Shown here: piece after piece, positions 39,754-50,143 of the stretch
Position numbering within the stretch: the first letter of the stretch is position 1
Layout: the number at the start of each line of letters is the position of its first letter
Virus record (IMG/VR): IMGVR_UViG_3300017971_000278
Span: 1 to 64,000 of that record
Length of the DNA stretch: 64,000 nucleotides
Source: a virus
Reading direction: 5' to 3' (one strand)
Made by a program: the position numbers and the translations under genes
Notes under the pieces: model-generated
What the model saw: only the letters and a program-made list of their open reading frames with translations
The model's database searches: none
Told to the model about the DNA's origin: nothing

Positions 39754-40425
39754 TTAACCTGCCATGTCTGGGTGAAGCCCCTGGCTTACCCAAGGAATGA
39801 GACCATGTGCAATATAGGTATAACTATGTTCAGATACAATATCATCAATAGAAACACCGTAGCCAGAATTCATTAATTCCAGGCCGAGAATTTTCATAAT
39901 AGCGAGTGCGCCGTATTCGTTCGCAGCAGAAAGAACAACATCAAACGGAGGAATCTGATCTGCATACCAAGGTAATGCTTTCTCTTGATCAGAGCCTGCA
40001 GAAGTAAGATTTTGTTCTTGGTTTCCTATCGCGGCTCCAGGCGTATTTTGACTAGTACCAGAAGAAGTTACAGTGGTATCAGATACGGAAATCTGTTCTC
40101 CTGCTTTGTATTCTGGACGAAGATCATCTTGGTCAGACAAGAAATATAATCTACGACTTTCTTCTTTTGGGTCTATGTTTGCCAATTCATACATAATTGG
40201 TTCATGGTCAAACTGAATAAATACTAAAGAACCTGCAATTGCACGCTTACCACGAGCAAATGCTCTAGGATCTGCACTACCCATCGTATAGATAGGAGCT
40301 TTCTCACGTGACACTTGATAACTGATGCCCTGGATACTACCAATAGTGTTAGCACCAATAACAGCAGTAATGTCTACGCCGCTGAAGCTATTATAGCCTC
40401 TTGTAAATGCGGATTGTAATGCCAT
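39754..40425 (-). CDS. Major tail tube protein
   Basis: 223 aa, directly after sheath; GGAGG RBS; followed by a terminator; SFSGVDI, REKAPIYTMG...RGKRAIAGSLVF and DQIPPFD motifs. Confidence 0.8.
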   Translation of the reverse strand: MALQSAFTRGYNSFSGVDITAVIGANTIGSIQGISYQVSREKAPIYTMGSADPRAFARGKRAIAGSLVFIQFDHEPIMYELANIDPKEESRRLYFLSDQDDLRPEYKAGEQISVSDTTVTSSGTSQNTPGAAIGNQEQNLTSAGSDQEKALPWYADQIPPFDVVLSAANEYGALAIMKILGLELMNSGYGVSIDDIVSEHSYTYIAHGLIPWVSQGLHPDMAG

Positions 40426-40440
40426 TGTTCATTAACCTCC

Positions 40441-42330
40441 TTATGAGCCAGATTTGCTTAGTGCAATTGTTATATTAATCTGACGTACTTCAAATGCTGG
40501 AATCAACGTTAAGCTGACTACAACAACGCCCTGTACTTCTTGTTGAGGAGTTTGAGTGACACTAAACCCCTTATAATCTTGCAGATAACCGTCTGTCTTT
40601 GCAGGCAGAAGGACCTGGTTTTCAACTGCAGTTTCCATCGATGTTCTTTTGGCACTACCAGTACCTTCACCAATAAATGGATCAAGAACTAAACGACAAC
40701 CATCAATAATAGCCTTAACTATACGAACAGTAGATAACCGTCTCCAGTCAGAGTTAGGCATTGTAGCAGTAGGAGCATCTGTGATTTTAACACCAGTTCC
40801 TTTTTTGCGGAGCGTAACATATCCAGCACCAGTAAGGTCATCATACACACCAAGTTTATAATTATAAATTATTGATGCGCCACTAACCGACTTGTTGGTC
40901 GGTGCAGAATCCGGTGGAAGACCTACATAAAAACCTGCATAAGATGCAGCATACGGTCCGAGATAACCAGCATTGTACCAGTTGTTTCTCAAGAAAACAG
41001 TATCAGCGACAACACTAATATACTTGCCAAGATCAACAGGAATATCATTATCGTCTACTTGCTCTGTACCATCCATGAACTCAGAATCAGTAAGAATAAA
41101 ACCTCCACCGAAAATACCAGAGCGATGAGAACTCATACCAACCATAAACTTATTACCAAGTAATCCACTACCGTCATCACCAGAAGAAGCAATAGATTCT
41201 AACCCAGTAGTTGTATCTAATGTCCACGTAGGGGCAGTTCCATACCAGCGTGCTCTGTCGCGAAGACTATTAGAAGCAGGCGGAAGAGTTCCAATGGTAC
41301 CAGTTGCATCAACAATATCAGTGCTGTAATCATAAAGAAAACGTCCAAGCTGATATGCGAAGTTAACCTCATGAAAGTCTGCAGTACTAAGACTAGTTCC
41401 ATCTATTTTTGCACTTGCAGAAGAAGAACCAACGGCTGGATTCGGAAAGATTTCAGCAACTCCGTCACCATTAATATCCCACCAAAAGTAATACTCTCCT
41501 TCGTATTCTTCTACATAAACCTTACCTAAAGAGTCAACGTCAATACCAAGCCGATAAGAACCAGCAGTCGGATATGTGTTTGTGCCAGGCAACACTGGAG
41601 TAACAGCACCAATAAAGTGTCCTTGATCTACAACATTATAGTCATCAAGAAAAGTATCCATAGGTACAATTACGTCAAATTCTTCTGCCAACAGAAACTT
41701 ATAGGCTTTATAAAGCTCTTCGTAAAGTTCCATTCTGGACAAACTAAGACCATCAGTTCCAGCGGTAAAACTAGTACCAGCATAAGTTGAAGGATCAACA
41801 GCATCCAAGTCGATAAAAGCAGACGCAGATCCAATGTCAACTCCGCCGCCAACAGCGCGATAACCACTTACGGTTACCTCAAATAATTCAATTGGTGAAG
41901 TTTGGCTGTTATCATAAACAACCAGATTGTCACTATTTCTACGCACAACAAGACGATCCTCAGAATCATCATAGTACATAGAGTAGTTGCCACCAGCGTC
42001 AGCATCTTGTTCTACTGTTTCAATAATATAACCAGCAACACCAGTAGAGTCACCAACACCAGATAGTTTAGCAGCAGTAGAACCAATCCTAAACAGAGCA
42101 ACTTCTTCTGCTCCTGTTTTGAGTGCTTCCCACATACCGCGCATTAATGTTCCTTCGTTACCAAATTCCGACCTAGCCTGTGTGGTTGTAGGCACGAGAT
42201 AAAACGAATCCCCTGCGCCTTTAGCTGACGTACCAACTATCAAAACACGGGGTGCTCTAGATCCAGCTTCTGGAGCCAAATTACCATCATTTTTATAGGC
42301 TTTTACACCTGGAAGATTAGCAAATACCAT
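40441..42330 (-). CDS. Tail sheath protein
   Basis: 629 aa; N-terminal LPGV...VLIVGTSAKG...EFG and C-terminal APTNK...LSTVRIV...LIPAFEVRQI sheath motifs. Confidence 0.88.
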   Translation of the reverse strand: MVFANLPGVKAYKNDGNLAPEAGSRAPRVLIVGTSAKGAGDSFYLVPTTTQARSEFGNEGTLMRGMWEALKTGAEEVALFRIGSTAAKLSGVGDSTGVAGYIIETVEQDADAGGNYSMYYDDSEDRLVVRRNSDNLVVYDNSQTSPIELFEVTVSGYRAVGGGVDIGSASAFIDLDAVDPSTYAGTSFTAGTDGLSLSRMELYEELYKAYKFLLAEEFDVIVPMDTFLDDYNVVDQGHFIGAVTPVLPGTNTYPTAGSYRLGIDVDSLGKVYVEEYEGEYYFWWDINGDGVAEIFPNPAVGSSSASAKIDGTSLSTADFHEVNFAYQLGRFLYDYSTDIVDATGTIGTLPPASNSLRDRARWYGTAPTWTLDTTTGLESIASSGDDGSGLLGNKFMVGMSSHRSGIFGGGFILTDSEFMDGTEQVDDNDIPVDLGKYISVVADTVFLRNNWYNAGYLGPYAASYAGFYVGLPPDSAPTNKSVSGASIIYNYKLGVYDDLTGAGYVTLRKKGTGVKITDAPTATMPNSDWRRLSTVRIVKAIIDGCRLVLDPFIGEGTGSAKRTSMETAVENQVLLPAKTDGYLQDYKGFSVTQTPQQEVQGVVVVSLTLIPAFEVRQINITIALSKSGS

Positions 42331-42345
42331 CTTATAAAACCCCTC

Positions 42346-43062
42346 CTAATTCCTTGAAAGTTCCACTTCAAGAATAATATCTTTAAGTTCTTGCGAACTA
42401 AAGTGGAACGTATCGTCTGTTCTCACCATATAGGTGATAGGGTATTTAGTTGTTTTTAATTCATCTATTATTGGCCTTTCGCGATCTTCTGTTTGTATTT
42501 CTACAACTACAAAACCGAAAAGTTTAAAGTACCAATTATAAATATCCATTGTTCTCTCAAACCATAAAAGTCTCTCTCTAGCTACTTTGTTAGTTCGAGC
42601 ATAAATATTAAAAGTAATCCAGTTATCATAAAATCTACCCATAGTAGTTAATTTTTGCCCAGGTGCTTCTGGGTGGTCTATAGTAGCTCTATGATGTGGA
42701 CTAAGTTCTCTTACTTGTGCTTTCCCTGGAGCGCCCTGGCCAAAAGCACCAGGAAGCCTTGATTTAAGGAAAAACGTTATACACTCAGTATCAATTGTTT
42801 CAGGAGGATCTTCTTCTACAACTAAAATCCTCATTTCTTCTGGGACACCTTCGTATGCTTGTTTAGAAAAAATAGCTTTTTGCACTAATGCAAAAAAATC
42901 GTCTAGTTCAGCACCAGAAGCTGGAGTTCGTTTATCTGTATGTAAAGTCTCTAAATATCTATCAACAAGTAACTCTACCTGTGATTCGTTATAACGAACA
43001 CGGGTACCGGTCGATTCTATCGACGGTATTTTAGTTATGTTGTCAAGTTTAGTTGTCATCAT
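42346..43062 (-). CDS. Tail completion / terminator protein
   Basis: 238 aa directly upstream of sheath; DNWITFNIYARTNKVA pattern of tail-terminator folds. Confidence 0.55.
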   Translation of the reverse strand: MMTTKLDNITKIPSIESTGTRVRYNESQVELLVDRYLETLHTDKRTPASGAELDDFFALVQKAIFSKQAYEGVPEEMRILVVEEDPPETIDTECITFFLKSRLPGAFGQGAPGKAQVRELSPHHRATIDHPEAPGQKLTTMGRFYDNWITFNIYARTNKVARERLLWFERTMDIYNWYFKLFGFVVVEIQTEDRERPIIDELKTTKYPITYMVRTDDTFHFSSQELKDIILEVELSRN

Positions 43063-43633
43063 ACATTCCTAATTGCCTATTTTGAACGCCATAGTGTACA
43101 CTCCACTTACGTTCTTCTACAGCACGAATACTCCAGAATTCAATTCTACCATTATCTGACCTAAAAGACGTCGCATCTACTATCTTAAAATAAATATCTC
43201 TAGCAACAGGAACAGCAGGAGTACCATCTGGATTAAGTTTTACTGTAATAATATAATCATCGTCTGTTATTATATTGTCATATTCTATATAAAAATTATC
43301 TCCAACAAACTCGTTATTGTTACCTTGTTTTTTTCTAAAAGATGTTTTATCTCTATAGTGCAAAACAGTAACTTCGTCCCAGTAATATCCCATACCAAGA
43401 CAATATCTACAGTAATAATCTTTATCTGGTTCGTCTGTTACATCGCTTCTACATGCACATCTTACTCTATTGCCATTAGAGTCTCTTCTCATTCTGCGGA
43501 TTAAACCATAACGTCCTTTTGCTTCTTCATCTATTGCACCATGTAACAGACGATAAATCTCAACACGCAAATCTAATTCTTTTCCACTTGTAGTAGTTGG
43601 ATAAAGATTAGTATATGGATTAGTTCCGCCCAT
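43049..43633 (-). CDS. Head-closure / neck protein with Cys cluster
   Basis: CAC...CRYCLGMGY zinc-like motif; position between adaptor and terminator genes. Confidence 0.55.
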   Translation of the reverse strand: MGGTNPYTNLYPTTTSGKELDLRVEIYRLLHGAIDEEAKGRYGLIRRMRRDSNGNRVRCACRSDVTDEPDKDYYCRYCLGMGYYWDEVTVLHYRDKTSFRKKQGNNNEFVGDNFYIEYDNIITDDDYIITVKLNPDGTPAVPVARDIYFKIVDATSFRSDNGRIEFWSIRAVEERKWSVHYGVQNRQLGMYDDN

Positions 43634-45435
43634 TATTTATTTCTCCAACTGGTATTTCTCCATGTTTTTAACTTCTTACGACTACTATATGTGTTTACTT
43701 TTGTATTTGCAGCCGGGCGATAATATCCCAACCCATTTGTTGGCTCCCATTGTCTACCAACAACAATAGCATCTTCTGAATATTTACCTTTTACAGCGTA
43801 AGTTGGTTTTAAAGATGCATCAGGTGTAATTTCTCCACCTGTTTGTACTGCTATTTTCCAATATTCCATACATGCCAGAAGATCATCTATTAGACCATCA
43901 ATTGCTTCTCGTCCGCCAGCTCTATAAACTTTTAAGTCACCAAGCTGTTTAGACATTCTGTCTGTAAACTGACCGTCAGATGATATACCTTTTACTAGAA
44001 TTAACTCAGCTTTACATGTCGTAAATTCGCGCCGAGCTAGATCATAATATGTAGCATCACTTATTGTATTTGTAAAAGAGATTCCATCTGTAAAAATAGA
44101 AGCCTCTAATATAGCAAACATAATAGTCTCATCGTTTACATCAGCAACCAAAGAACCAAGATCAAGCCTAATCCTTCTCATGCTTGTATAAATTGGAGTA
44201 TATTCTGTTGAAAAATATGTTACATAATCAGAACCTAATGTGTTGCCACTTGTATCTGCTATATCTTGATCTAAGGTGATTATGACTATATTGTTTACAT
44301 ATAGTTGCGCCGGATCTAAATCTATATATATTTGATGGTCACCAACAGCAGATACTGTAAAATCTAAATCTCCCGTGTATGTAATTTGATTTAAAGAATC
44401 AATACCAATAGCAGGTTCAGACCTAACAGCGATATTGTCAACAAGAGTAGTAGTGTCAAGAGCAACCGTATCACTAAAAGTAACAATTATTCTTTCACCC
44501 ACATAGGCACTCGTAGAAATAGCAACACCATATTCTCCACCGGCAGGATCAACTTCAGAAACAGAGAAAGAAGAGGTAGCTACACTTGTAGAAGAAGCAG
44601 CTGTGAGTGTATCAATTCCACTTGCACTAGAAGTAGATGGCGGTGTAACAATAGATCCACTGCCAGTAGAAAATGACCATCTATATGTACTTGCCATAGA
44701 AACAAATGGAATACATTTTATACTCCATTTATCGCCAGTTACAAATGTTCCATCTGGATCACAAGTAATATAAACACCATTTTCAAGTTCTCTTTTGCCA
44801 GTTACAGTAATACCAGTATAAGTAGTAAGTGGATCTGTTTGTCTCCACCAACTATAAGTTGCACTGCCTGTCTGACCACCGTTAGTTATCTCAATAATAT
44901 AAGTGACTTCAGAGTCACCGGTATATCCGCCGCCAGGATAAATAACACCAGTGCCAGATACAGATACCGGCAAGGCGTCAAATACAGTTCTAGAGCGAAC
45001 ACCAGAATCAAAAGCATTAGTGGTGTCTTCATCACCAGCAACTAAAGCTTGATATTCTTTGTTGGGAGCAAGTGGGGCTTCAGGAACAAGTGTAGCTACT
45101 GTACGCCATAATGTTCCATCGCCAGTATAATCAACTGCAGAATCAGATACAGTAGCACCAGAAGCGTCTACTCTGCTAAAGGTAATACTGCACTGTACAA
45201 ATCCAGGGAAGTATGGTGAGTCTAATATATCGTCTGCATTAAGACCAGGTTCTTCAAACGGATTCATTTCGCCGCCAAAGAAAACACCCTGATCAGGACC
45301 GGTTAATATAAATGTACCAGTATTGATAGAATCTTCATCCATCTCCTGGTCAAATGTTACGGTGAAGTTATCACCAATTGGTATACCTATTGAACCATTA
45401 GCTGGATATACATTTACTACAGTCGGTGCAGCCAC
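43633..45435 (-). CDS. Head-tail adaptor fused to N-terminal Ig-like (Big_5/SbsA-type) domains
   Basis: GTG start. PTVVNVYPANG...VTFDQEMD...PLAPNKEY and a second VSEVDPA...DTSGNTL..DYVTYFST Ig repeat; helical C-terminus with SKQLGDLKV typical of adaptors. Confidence 0.6.
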   Translation of the reverse strand: MAAPTVVNVYPANGSIGIPIGDNFTVTFDQEMDEDSINTGTFILTGPDQGVFFGGEMNPFEEPGLNADDILDSPYFPGFVQCSITFSRVDASGATVSDSAVDYTGDGTLWRTVATLVPEAPLAPNKEYQALVAGDEDTTNAFDSGVRSRTVFDALPVSVSGTGVIYPGGGYTGDSEVTYIIEITNGGQTGSATYSWWRQTDPLTTYTGITVTGKRELENGVYITCDPDGTFVTGDKWSIKCIPFVSMASTYRWSFSTGSGSIVTPPSTSSASGIDTLTAASSTSVATSSFSVSEVDPAGGEYGVAISTSAYVGERIIVTFSDTVALDTTTLVDNIAVRSEPAIGIDSLNQITYTGDLDFTVSAVGDHQIYIDLDPAQLYVNNIVIITLDQDIADTSGNTLGSDYVTYFSTEYTPIYTSMRRIRLDLGSLVADVNDETIMFAILEASIFTDGISFTNTISDATYYDLARREFTTCKAELILVKGISSDGQFTDRMSKQLGDLKVYRAGGREAIDGLIDDLLACMEYWKIAVQTGGEITPDASLKPTYAVKGKYSEDAIVVGRQWEPTNGLGYYRPAANTKVNTYSSRKKLKTWRNTSWRNK

Positions 45436-45442
45436 TTAGAAT

Positions 45443-45700
45443 CTACTCCTCTTCGATGTCAAATTCAAATTCATCAGCTAGTCTGTTTATTTCACATTGT
45501 TCAGCTGTTGGTTTTGGTACATCTAAACCATTATTGCCAAGAATCTCAGCTAAACCCTTAGCGGAACTTTGTGCTTTTTGTAGCTTTGCTAATGCTTTAA
45601 ATTCATTTATCAATTTATGTGATGCTTTAAATTCTTTTTCTTCTTCTTCAAATTCAAACTTAATTTCTACTTTTGTTTTTACTTCTACTTTTTCGCTCAT
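45443..45700 (-). CDS. Hypothetical acidic protein (85 aa)
   Basis: ORF in operon, abutting neighbours. Confidence 0.6.
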   Translation of the reverse strand: MSEKVEVKTKVEIKFEFEEEEKEFKASHKLINEFKALAKLQKAQSSAKGLAEILGNNGLDVPKPTAEQCEINRLADEFEFDIEEE

Positions 45701-46240
45701 TTAAAACTCCGCAATTTTATTTTGTATAGTTTGTATAACACCAGATCTATTTAGTTTTTCTTCTTCTATCATTAAACATGCATGTAAAAAAACTAATTGT
45801 TCATTACTTGCCTTCATTTGTTTAATGGTTTTCTTTATGGTATTACCATTTTTACTTAAGAATATTTTAGCATTTTCTATATCAGATTCGCTAGGAGTAT
45901 TATCTTCTTCTAGCTCATCTTCTTCATCTTCATCATTGTCAATAGTAACAGAAAACACTTCTGGCATAAGACTAGATTCATCTTCTTTTACATCTTCTGT
46001 ATTTACAGAAAAGTTACCATTAAAATATCCAAGTTCATTTAGATTTTTAACTCTATTGTTTTCAGAATCAAATATTTTAATTTCTATTCTACTCGCAGAT
46101 TTGTTAATGGTTTCAATTTCTTCGAAAGACAAAGACTCAATATCTAAAAGACCACTAACAGTATCATTCATAGTTAAATTTATAATATTATTTAAAAACC
46201 AAAAAGGACTGTCTCCTAATTTGACTTTAAACAGTTTCAT
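45701..46240 (-). CDS. Hypothetical protein with acidic linker (179 aa)
   Basis: AAGGAG RBS; directly after the capsid terminator. Confidence 0.7.
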   Translation of the reverse strand: MKLFKVKLGDSPFWFLNNIINLTMNDTVSGLLDIESLSFEEIETINKSASRIEIKIFDSENNRVKNLNELGYFNGNFSVNTEDVKEDESSLMPEVFSVTIDNDEDEEDELEEDNTPSESDIENAKIFLSKNGNTIKKTIKQMKASNEQLVFLHACLMIEEEKLNRSGVIQTIQNKIAEF

Positions 46241-46260
46241 TTTGTTTTCTCCTTGTTAAA

Positions 46261-46298
46261 GAAAAAAGGGAGAAGGAGACCGACTGCTCCTTCTCCCT
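46261..46298 (-). terminator. Rho-independent terminator after the major capsid gene
   Basis: Minus strand AGGGAGAAGGAG-8 nt-CTCCTTCTCCCT (12-bp stem) followed by a T tract. Confidence 0.85.
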
Positions 46299-46330
46299 AT
46301 GAAACATTACGCCTTAAAAGACGCTACGAT

Positions 46331-47584
46331 TTACAGACCAGAGATTGCCGTAGTAGTATCAAGCTCGCTGATACTTCCGCTAGAAGAAATAGTTGCAGTA
46401 AGTGGCATAGCAATTTCATTAGCTTTAACAGGCACATTACGAAGAACACCAATGCCAAGACCGTCTTCATAAATAGCAAAACCATAACGCTCTTTGAGCT
46501 TCATCTTGCTACTATCAGTAGACATATCTTCCCATTTGTCCATCACTACGTCGTGGTCAACAACAAGCGCACCGAGGTTATTAGAATCAAAGATCATAAT
46601 ATCAGCAGTGTTATTGTTAACGTTAAACGGAGCAAAAGGAGTAACGAGAACGTTCAGCGGGTGCGGAAAGTAATCCGGAATAACTGCGGCAGAATTCAGA
46701 TTCTGATCAAGTTCAGAAACAGAAGTAGGAGTCTCAGTTGCAGCATTTCCACTAGGAGTAAACTGTCCATATCCACTTGGCAGACCTTGGCCATTCTGCG
46801 AAGAAGCAGACCATGGGTTACCAGACTTAGGCATATTATGCCTCTGGAACCATTGACCGTTGCCAGTGTTTTTAACGATAGTCTGAAGCAGAGGATCAGC
46901 CATCCACATAGACCAGGTTAAGGGGTGCATCATAAGAGTGTTAGGAATAAAACCCTGCATCATAATATGAGCATACGCCTTCAAAAGGTCTTCCATCCGA
47001 CAAGAACCGTTTCCGGCACCAGAGAGGGAGCGACCAGTGCATGTACCATACACAGAAGATGTTGGGGTAATATTATCAAAAAGGGTAACACCCATGGCAG
47101 TAATAAACTGCATACCTTTTTGTTCTTTTTTACGAGCAAGCGCCGTTCTTGCGGCCCGGATGTGCATATTGATAACGTCAAACTGAGAGTAGCGTTGCAT
47201 CTCTTCAGTAATTTTAAAAGCAAGACCAGTCTTTGCTACGTTAATCGTCACGGTTCCAGGTGCAATCTGCAGTTGCTGTTCTGGGTAGGTTTGGTTTTCA
47301 CCAAGGTCATAGGCGACCAATGAACCAATTGTCGGGAAAGTAATTCTAGCAGCAGCAGAGTACTGTACCCTATCCAAGAGAGCGGGGATGATCATCATAG
47401 GCTCTACAGGTTCGCGCATAATATCTTCAACAACTTTTGGCATCCAAGCAGCTGCATTAGGTGTAGCAATTGCATCATCATAAGTCAATTGTTTTTGAGA
47501 AGCCGAATTAAAGCCGTTATTCATCCAAGTGTCTCGGAATAGTTCATAACTGTCGCCGAAGGTTGTTTTGTTCTTAGTATTCAT
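46331..47584 (-). CDS. Major capsid protein (HK97 fold)
   Basis: 417 aa; AAGGAGG RBS; downstream terminator; E..TYPE...KTGLAFKITEEM..SQFD, PNTLMMHP and KLKERYG motifs. Confidence 0.88.
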   Translation of the reverse strand: MNTKNKTTFGDSYELFRDTWMNNGFNSASQKQLTYDDAIATPNAAAWMPKVVEDIMREPVEPMMIIPALLDRVQYSAAARITFPTIGSLVAYDLGENQTYPEQQLQIAPGTVTINVAKTGLAFKITEEMQRYSQFDVINMHIRAARTALARKKEQKGMQFITAMGVTLFDNITPTSSVYGTCTGRSLSGAGNGSCRMEDLLKAYAHIMMQGFIPNTLMMHPLTWSMWMADPLLQTIVKNTGNGQWFQRHNMPKSGNPWSASSQNGQGLPSGYGQFTPSGNAATETPTSVSELDQNLNSAAVIPDYFPHPLNVLVTPFAPFNVNNNTADIMIFDSNNLGALVVDHDVVMDKWEDMSTDSSKMKLKERYGFAIYEDGLGIGVLRNVPVKANEIAMPLTATISSSGSISELDTTTAISGL

Positions 47585-47606
47585 TATATTATCCTCCTTC
47601 GACTTT

Positions 47607-49028
47607 TTATCGTAAGATCAGGTTAACGATGATCATTCGCTCTGCAGCGTTAGCATACGTCAACTGATCGGTTCGTCCACCAGTAGCAGTACCAGGAGTC
47701 TGCAAGTTAGCAGCAGTCTGGCCCATATAACTAGTATGAACTCTATCTAAATAATCTTTGGACCAACGACCTTCTCCAAAGGTGAAAGTTCCAATGACCT
47801 GACCAACTACGCCAAAGACGTGGTTGTCAACAATTTGCTCAATCTGATTAGAGATAATGCTATTATCAGTTTGAGTGTCATACTCCGGATCGGCAGCCCA
47901 TGGATCTCCAGAAGCGTCGTATCCGTCTCCACCAGCCAAATTAAGTTCAGCCTTAATAAGGTTACTGTGATCATCAAACGTAACAAAGTCACCATAGTCG
48001 AGATTACCAGTAGCACAAGCATACGTACTAAGAGTGTTAGTAGCGCTACCTTCTGCCATGTAATGGTAATAGGTGATCGTTCCAAGTACCGTAAACGGAC
48101 TAGGAATAGCGTCTCCACCATCTTCATACACGAAAAGCATTCCAACTTCATAATCCATGAAGAAGTCACCAGCAGCACTAAGGCTACTAATAGAATCAAC
48201 TTCGCGGGTCAATCCGCCGAGAGACGAAGTGATCGGGCTATCTTCAGTAATGTGAGCTACTGGGTAATTCACAAACATATAACCTACAACACTGTCGCCA
48301 GCAGTAACACCAGAATAACGGGTTACTTCTGCAATCTGAGTAGAATTAAACCAACCAGCAACACGAGGAGTAGTAGTTCCGTCGAAGAAATCTTCAAGCG
48401 CACCATTAGCTCCAGCAGTATTATCATTGGCCATTGTTTCGGTAGTTGCCAGAGCCGGAAGCACTGGGAAAGTACCTACATAGTCACAAGTAACGGCGCA
48501 AAGAGCTTGCGGGCGAAAGTTGTGTTCAATGAGATTTGCCGGATTGTAATGATCTGTTCCAGCAGCTTTGTAATAATTGTAAGACGCGAAACCAATCGGC
48601 CTGGAAATAAAATCCATGGCGTGCTCAGTATGGCGAATCAAACCACGTTCACGAAGACCAGCTGTAAGTTCTGCCCTTGTATAAGATACACCAGCAGCAA
48701 CAACGGTTGTACCAGTAACAAGATCAATTACGCCTTCGCTGGCATCTGTAGTAGTATAAGTAAGAGCAGTAGCGCCAGAAGCGATATTCCAAGCTTTTCG
48801 CAGACCAGCAGGAACTAACTTACCTTCGCGGTCTTCTGCAACAACCTTACCCGAAGAAACCACGTAATAAGTTTCATATTCTTGCTCGTAACGAACAGTT
48901 GGCAGCCACGATGCAGGCGTGCTCTCAAAGTGCGGACGATGAGATTCAGACCACTCGAAATTAGGAGTGATTCGTCCCATACGATCCCAAAATTTGTGAT
49001 TACTAACATATCCTCTAGGAATTGTCAT
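47607..49028 (-). CDS. Head decoration / cement-like structural protein
   Basis: 473 aa between scaffold and MCP; GGAGG RBS; Gly/Ala/Thr-rich. Confidence 0.6.
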   Translation of the reverse strand: MTIPRGYVSNHKFWDRMGRITPNFEWSESHRPHFESTPASWLPTVRYEQEYETYYVVSSGKVVAEDREGKLVPAGLRKAWNIASGATALTYTTTDASEGVIDLVTGTTVVAAGVSYTRAELTAGLRERGLIRHTEHAMDFISRPIGFASYNYYKAAGTDHYNPANLIEHNFRPQALCAVTCDYVGTFPVLPALATTETMANDNTAGANGALEDFFDGTTTPRVAGWFNSTQIAEVTRYSGVTAGDSVVGYMFVNYPVAHITEDSPITSSLGGLTREVDSISSLSAAGDFFMDYEVGMLFVYEDGGDAIPSPFTVLGTITYYHYMAEGSATNTLSTYACATGNLDYGDFVTFDDHSNLIKAELNLAGGDGYDASGDPWAADPEYDTQTDNSIISNQIEQIVDNHVFGVVGQVIGTFTFGEGRWSKDYLDRVHTSYMGQTAANLQTPGTATGGRTDQLTYANAAERMIIVNLILR

Positions 49029-49048
49029 ATTTATTTACCTCCCTTAAT

Positions 49049-50143
49049 CTATTCAGCAGTTTTATCTTCTTTTTTTGCTGAAAGACTATCAAATGGTACG
49101 ATTTTTGGATCAATAACTTTTAGCCCTACCATTTTACCATAAAGTCTTTTTGCGTTTAGTATTTTATCGTCATTGATAAAATCACGAATATTTTCAATAG
49201 CCGAGATAGCAGATTGAGACAGACCATCAGCAAGTTGCTTATTATCGATATCATTATTATCGGTAGGGTCATCTACTGTTTCGCTCGGGTCTGGAGTGTT
49301 TGGCATGCCATCATTCATTTTAGACATAACATCTTCGATTTTAAAATCTGCCATAATAACAGGTTTCTGTTCTTCAATATTAGCATCTTTCAAAGAATCA
49401 TTAGCAATTTCAACACTTTCAAACTTACCATTAAGTACTCCAACTAACGCCAAATGATCTTTTTGGGCGGCAGTCAAAGATGCTCCAAGTTCTACATATT
49501 TGTCAACTTGTGCCATGTAATCAGCAATTTGAAATCTAAGTTCTTCACGCAATACATTTAGTTGATTATTAAGTTCTTCATTTTGTTTAATAGAGTCATC
49601 TAAAGCTTGTTTGTTCTTTTTAGCTTCGTCTTCATGTGCAGCGCATTTACCACAAGGTCTATCTAATTTCAAGTTTCTTGAAATCATTTCTGCTTCTGCC
49701 ATGTTAAACAACTCTTTAGTTTCGTCGTCATTCAATTTACCAACCAGTTCACATGTAGGTAATTCAAACTTATCTTCTTGTGGGTCTTCTACAACAGCTT
49801 TATCTTCTTTTTTACTGTCGCAACCAAGAGCTTTAGCCTTGCGATCAACACAAGCAAGAATTTCGTCTTTATTACCAGGTCCTTCGTAACGACCAATTAA
49901 ACGACGTGCCGCAGTAACATGTGCACAATCAGGAACCGGAAAAGAACGATCAGGACCACAAAAAGTTGATTTAGACAGTTTTTTACGCTGTTCTGTACTC
50001 AATTTTGCATCTGCCGCTTCCCACTCTTCCGAGGTAATAAGCTCTTCATCAAGCATTGCTTTAAGCTCAACTTGCATCTCATCACATATAAGATCTGAAT
50101 CAATTTCCTGATTGGCAGGTTTTTCTACTTTAGGATCTGCCAT
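49049..50143 (-). CDS. Probable nested in-frame scaffold protein (364 aa) from an internal start
   Basis: AAGGAGG (50152-50158), 8-nt spacer, then ATG at 50143 (M292), at the protease/scaffold boundary. Confidence 0.6.
   Translation of the reverse strand: MADPKVEKPANQEIDSDLICDEMQVELKAMLDEELITSEEWEAADAKLSTEQRKKLSKSTFCGPDRSFPVPDCAHVTAARRLIGRYEGPGNKDEILACVDRKAKALGCDSKKEDKAVVEDPQEDKFELPTCELVGKLNDDETKELFNMAEAEMISRNLKLDRPCGKCAAHEDEAKKNKQALDDSIKQNEELNNQLNVLREELRFQIADYMAQVDKYVELGASLTAAQKDHLALVGVLNGKFESVEIANDSLKDANIEEQKPVIMADFKIEDVMSKMNDGMPNTPDPSETVDDPTDNNDIDNKQLADGLSQSAISAIENIRDFINDDKILNAKRLYGKMVGLKVIDPKIVPFDSLSAKKEDKTAE

Noticed and set aside
47820-48818. 332-aa plus-strand ORF, and other plus-strand ORFs such as 46253..46921, 59736..60404, 61360..62079 and 13916..14473
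   Set aside because: They lie antisense to well-supported minus-strand genes, are Ser/Ile/Phe-skewed and have no motifs; these are shadow ORFs arising from codon bias.
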